Shown here: positions 62,846-64,000 of the stretch, piece after piece
Layout of the letters: each line of letters opens with the position of its first letter
Position numbering within the stretch: the first letter of the stretch is position 1
Assembly: GCA_965285935.1 (NCBI GenBank)
Contig: OZ260664.1
Span: 4,774,001 to 4,838,000 of the forward strand
Source: Ophelia neglecta
Taxonomy: Eukaryota
Length of the DNA stretch: 64,000 nucleotides
Reading direction: 5' to 3'
The notes under the pieces: generated by a model
The model's database searches: none
Told to the model about the DNA's origin: nothing
Seen by the model: the letters and a program-made list of their open reading frames with translations, nothing else
Program-made: the position numbers and the translations under genes

Positions 62846-64000
62846 CCTCACCTCTCCACTCGCCCTCTCACACCCTCACCTCTCCACTCACCCTCTCCGA
62901 CCTCTCACCTTCCCTTCCACTTTTCCTCCTCCCACCCACCTTGAAAATGCACGGGAAGGTCGCAGAAATACCAGTTCATAAAATGGCCGGAAAAACTGTC
63001 AAAGGCAAGACAACAACAATGTAGCAAATTTGATGTATTCTCCGTAACTAGTGTTTTGTGATTTACTCTCAGTTTTAGCCTTAGAACTTAGTTAAAGCCG
63101 ACATCCACATTTGACTAATAACCAGACTTAATCGTCACTCCAAAGAAAACCCATTCCGTTCATCGCATCGTCTGCAGCTGCCTGTTCCTGTTGTATTTTA
63201 GCGGATTTCATGGACAGATTCTTGAATATGGATTTCGCTTTGTTTGCGTGGTTTTTACTCCCGTTTTTATCAATATTTCCTGTAACATCCATGTATTGGT
63301 TTAGGCGTGTGCTGCCCAGAATAGCTACAAATTAACGGGTAAAAAACACCTTAAAAGTTCAGAGTACTCTGCATTGGCATTAAATACTGGGCACACGACT
63401 GTACTACACGCGCGGCACAACACGCGCCGTGCCCGCCGCCCTGGCTGCTAGTTGTCACTTACAGCAGACACAGCAGTCATTTTGCTGCAGACACAATAAG
63501 ACTGCGGCCTCTGTATCGCTGATCGCCTGCGAGGTGTTACCACAGCTCGGTGTTGTTATGTAGAGGGAGCCTTTAATAATTGTGAATTCTCTGTCATAGG
63601 ATACAGCTATTGAAGGTGTTTATTGCTACAATCCATCTTTTCATTGACGCCTATCATGTGCTGGATGTGGATTGCAGGTACGCCTTTATAGACCAGACAG
63701 ATTAACTTTGACCTTTGACCTGAGGAGTTAGCTGTGATTTGCTTTTCCCTCACAAAAGGTAAGCAGTAGCTAGCATCTTTACAGTTAGCTTTGATCTGAT
63801 ATAAGTGACATATTGGCTGCAGGGTTGGCCAAGTTGGCTAATGATATCTGGGAATGGAAGGGAGTAAAGTCTCCCACCATACACAGTGTAGATCAGGCTG
63901 GGCTTTCATCATGATCCGATGATTCTCCAGGATATTTCTGGCCATCTTTTGCAAGAAAATTATGAATATGTTGACTGATCAAAGTAAATCACAAGTACAG

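Larger units (their letters stand above)
48391..64000 (+). repeat. Copy 4 of the ancient tandem-duplicated unit (runs to the window end)
   Basis: Carries the anchors listed for copies 2 and 3 in essentially the same order and orientation. Offsets are additive: copy2-copy4 ~35.4 kb = copy2-copy3 ~17.3 kb + copy3-copy4 ~18.0 kb in the 18k/36k/54k region. Confidence 0.8.

Noticed and set aside
63457-63486. Minus-strand mini-exon AAAATG ACT GCT GTG TCT GCT | GTAAGT
   Set aside because: The ATG and donor are absent from the paralog at ~47690-47710, and no downstream exon was found; expected by chance.

Overview
AT-rich eukaryotic genomic DNA. The SINE and MITE content suggests a marine invertebrate, but that is an inference. 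I cannot support any intact protein-coding gene, tRNA/rRNA gene or CRISPR array; the longer ORFs in the track are by-products of tandem repeats. The visible content is: (i) a tRNA-headed Meta-type SINE family (one full copy with TSD, two truncated copies); (ii) a dense set of non-autonomous DNA elements, including 7 copies of a ~230-bp GGCCC-ended, CWG-flanked PIF/Harbinger-like MITE, a second related MITE family and a TA-flanked Tc1/mariner-pogo MITE; (iii) 3' ends of L2/CR1-group LINEs; (iv) about 15 minisatellites, several with higher-order structure; and (v) a young 829-bp tandem duplication. The main hidden structure is that the apparently unique DNA between these repeats is not unique. 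Collinear, strongly diverged anchors indicate that nearly the whole window is about four head-to-tail copies of an ancient ~16-20 kb non-coding unit, with nested 2-4 kb duplications in the first copy. Badly decayed reverse-transcriptase-like and DDE-transposase-like motifs fall at equivalent positions in several copies. All alignments were made by eye, so boundaries are approximate.
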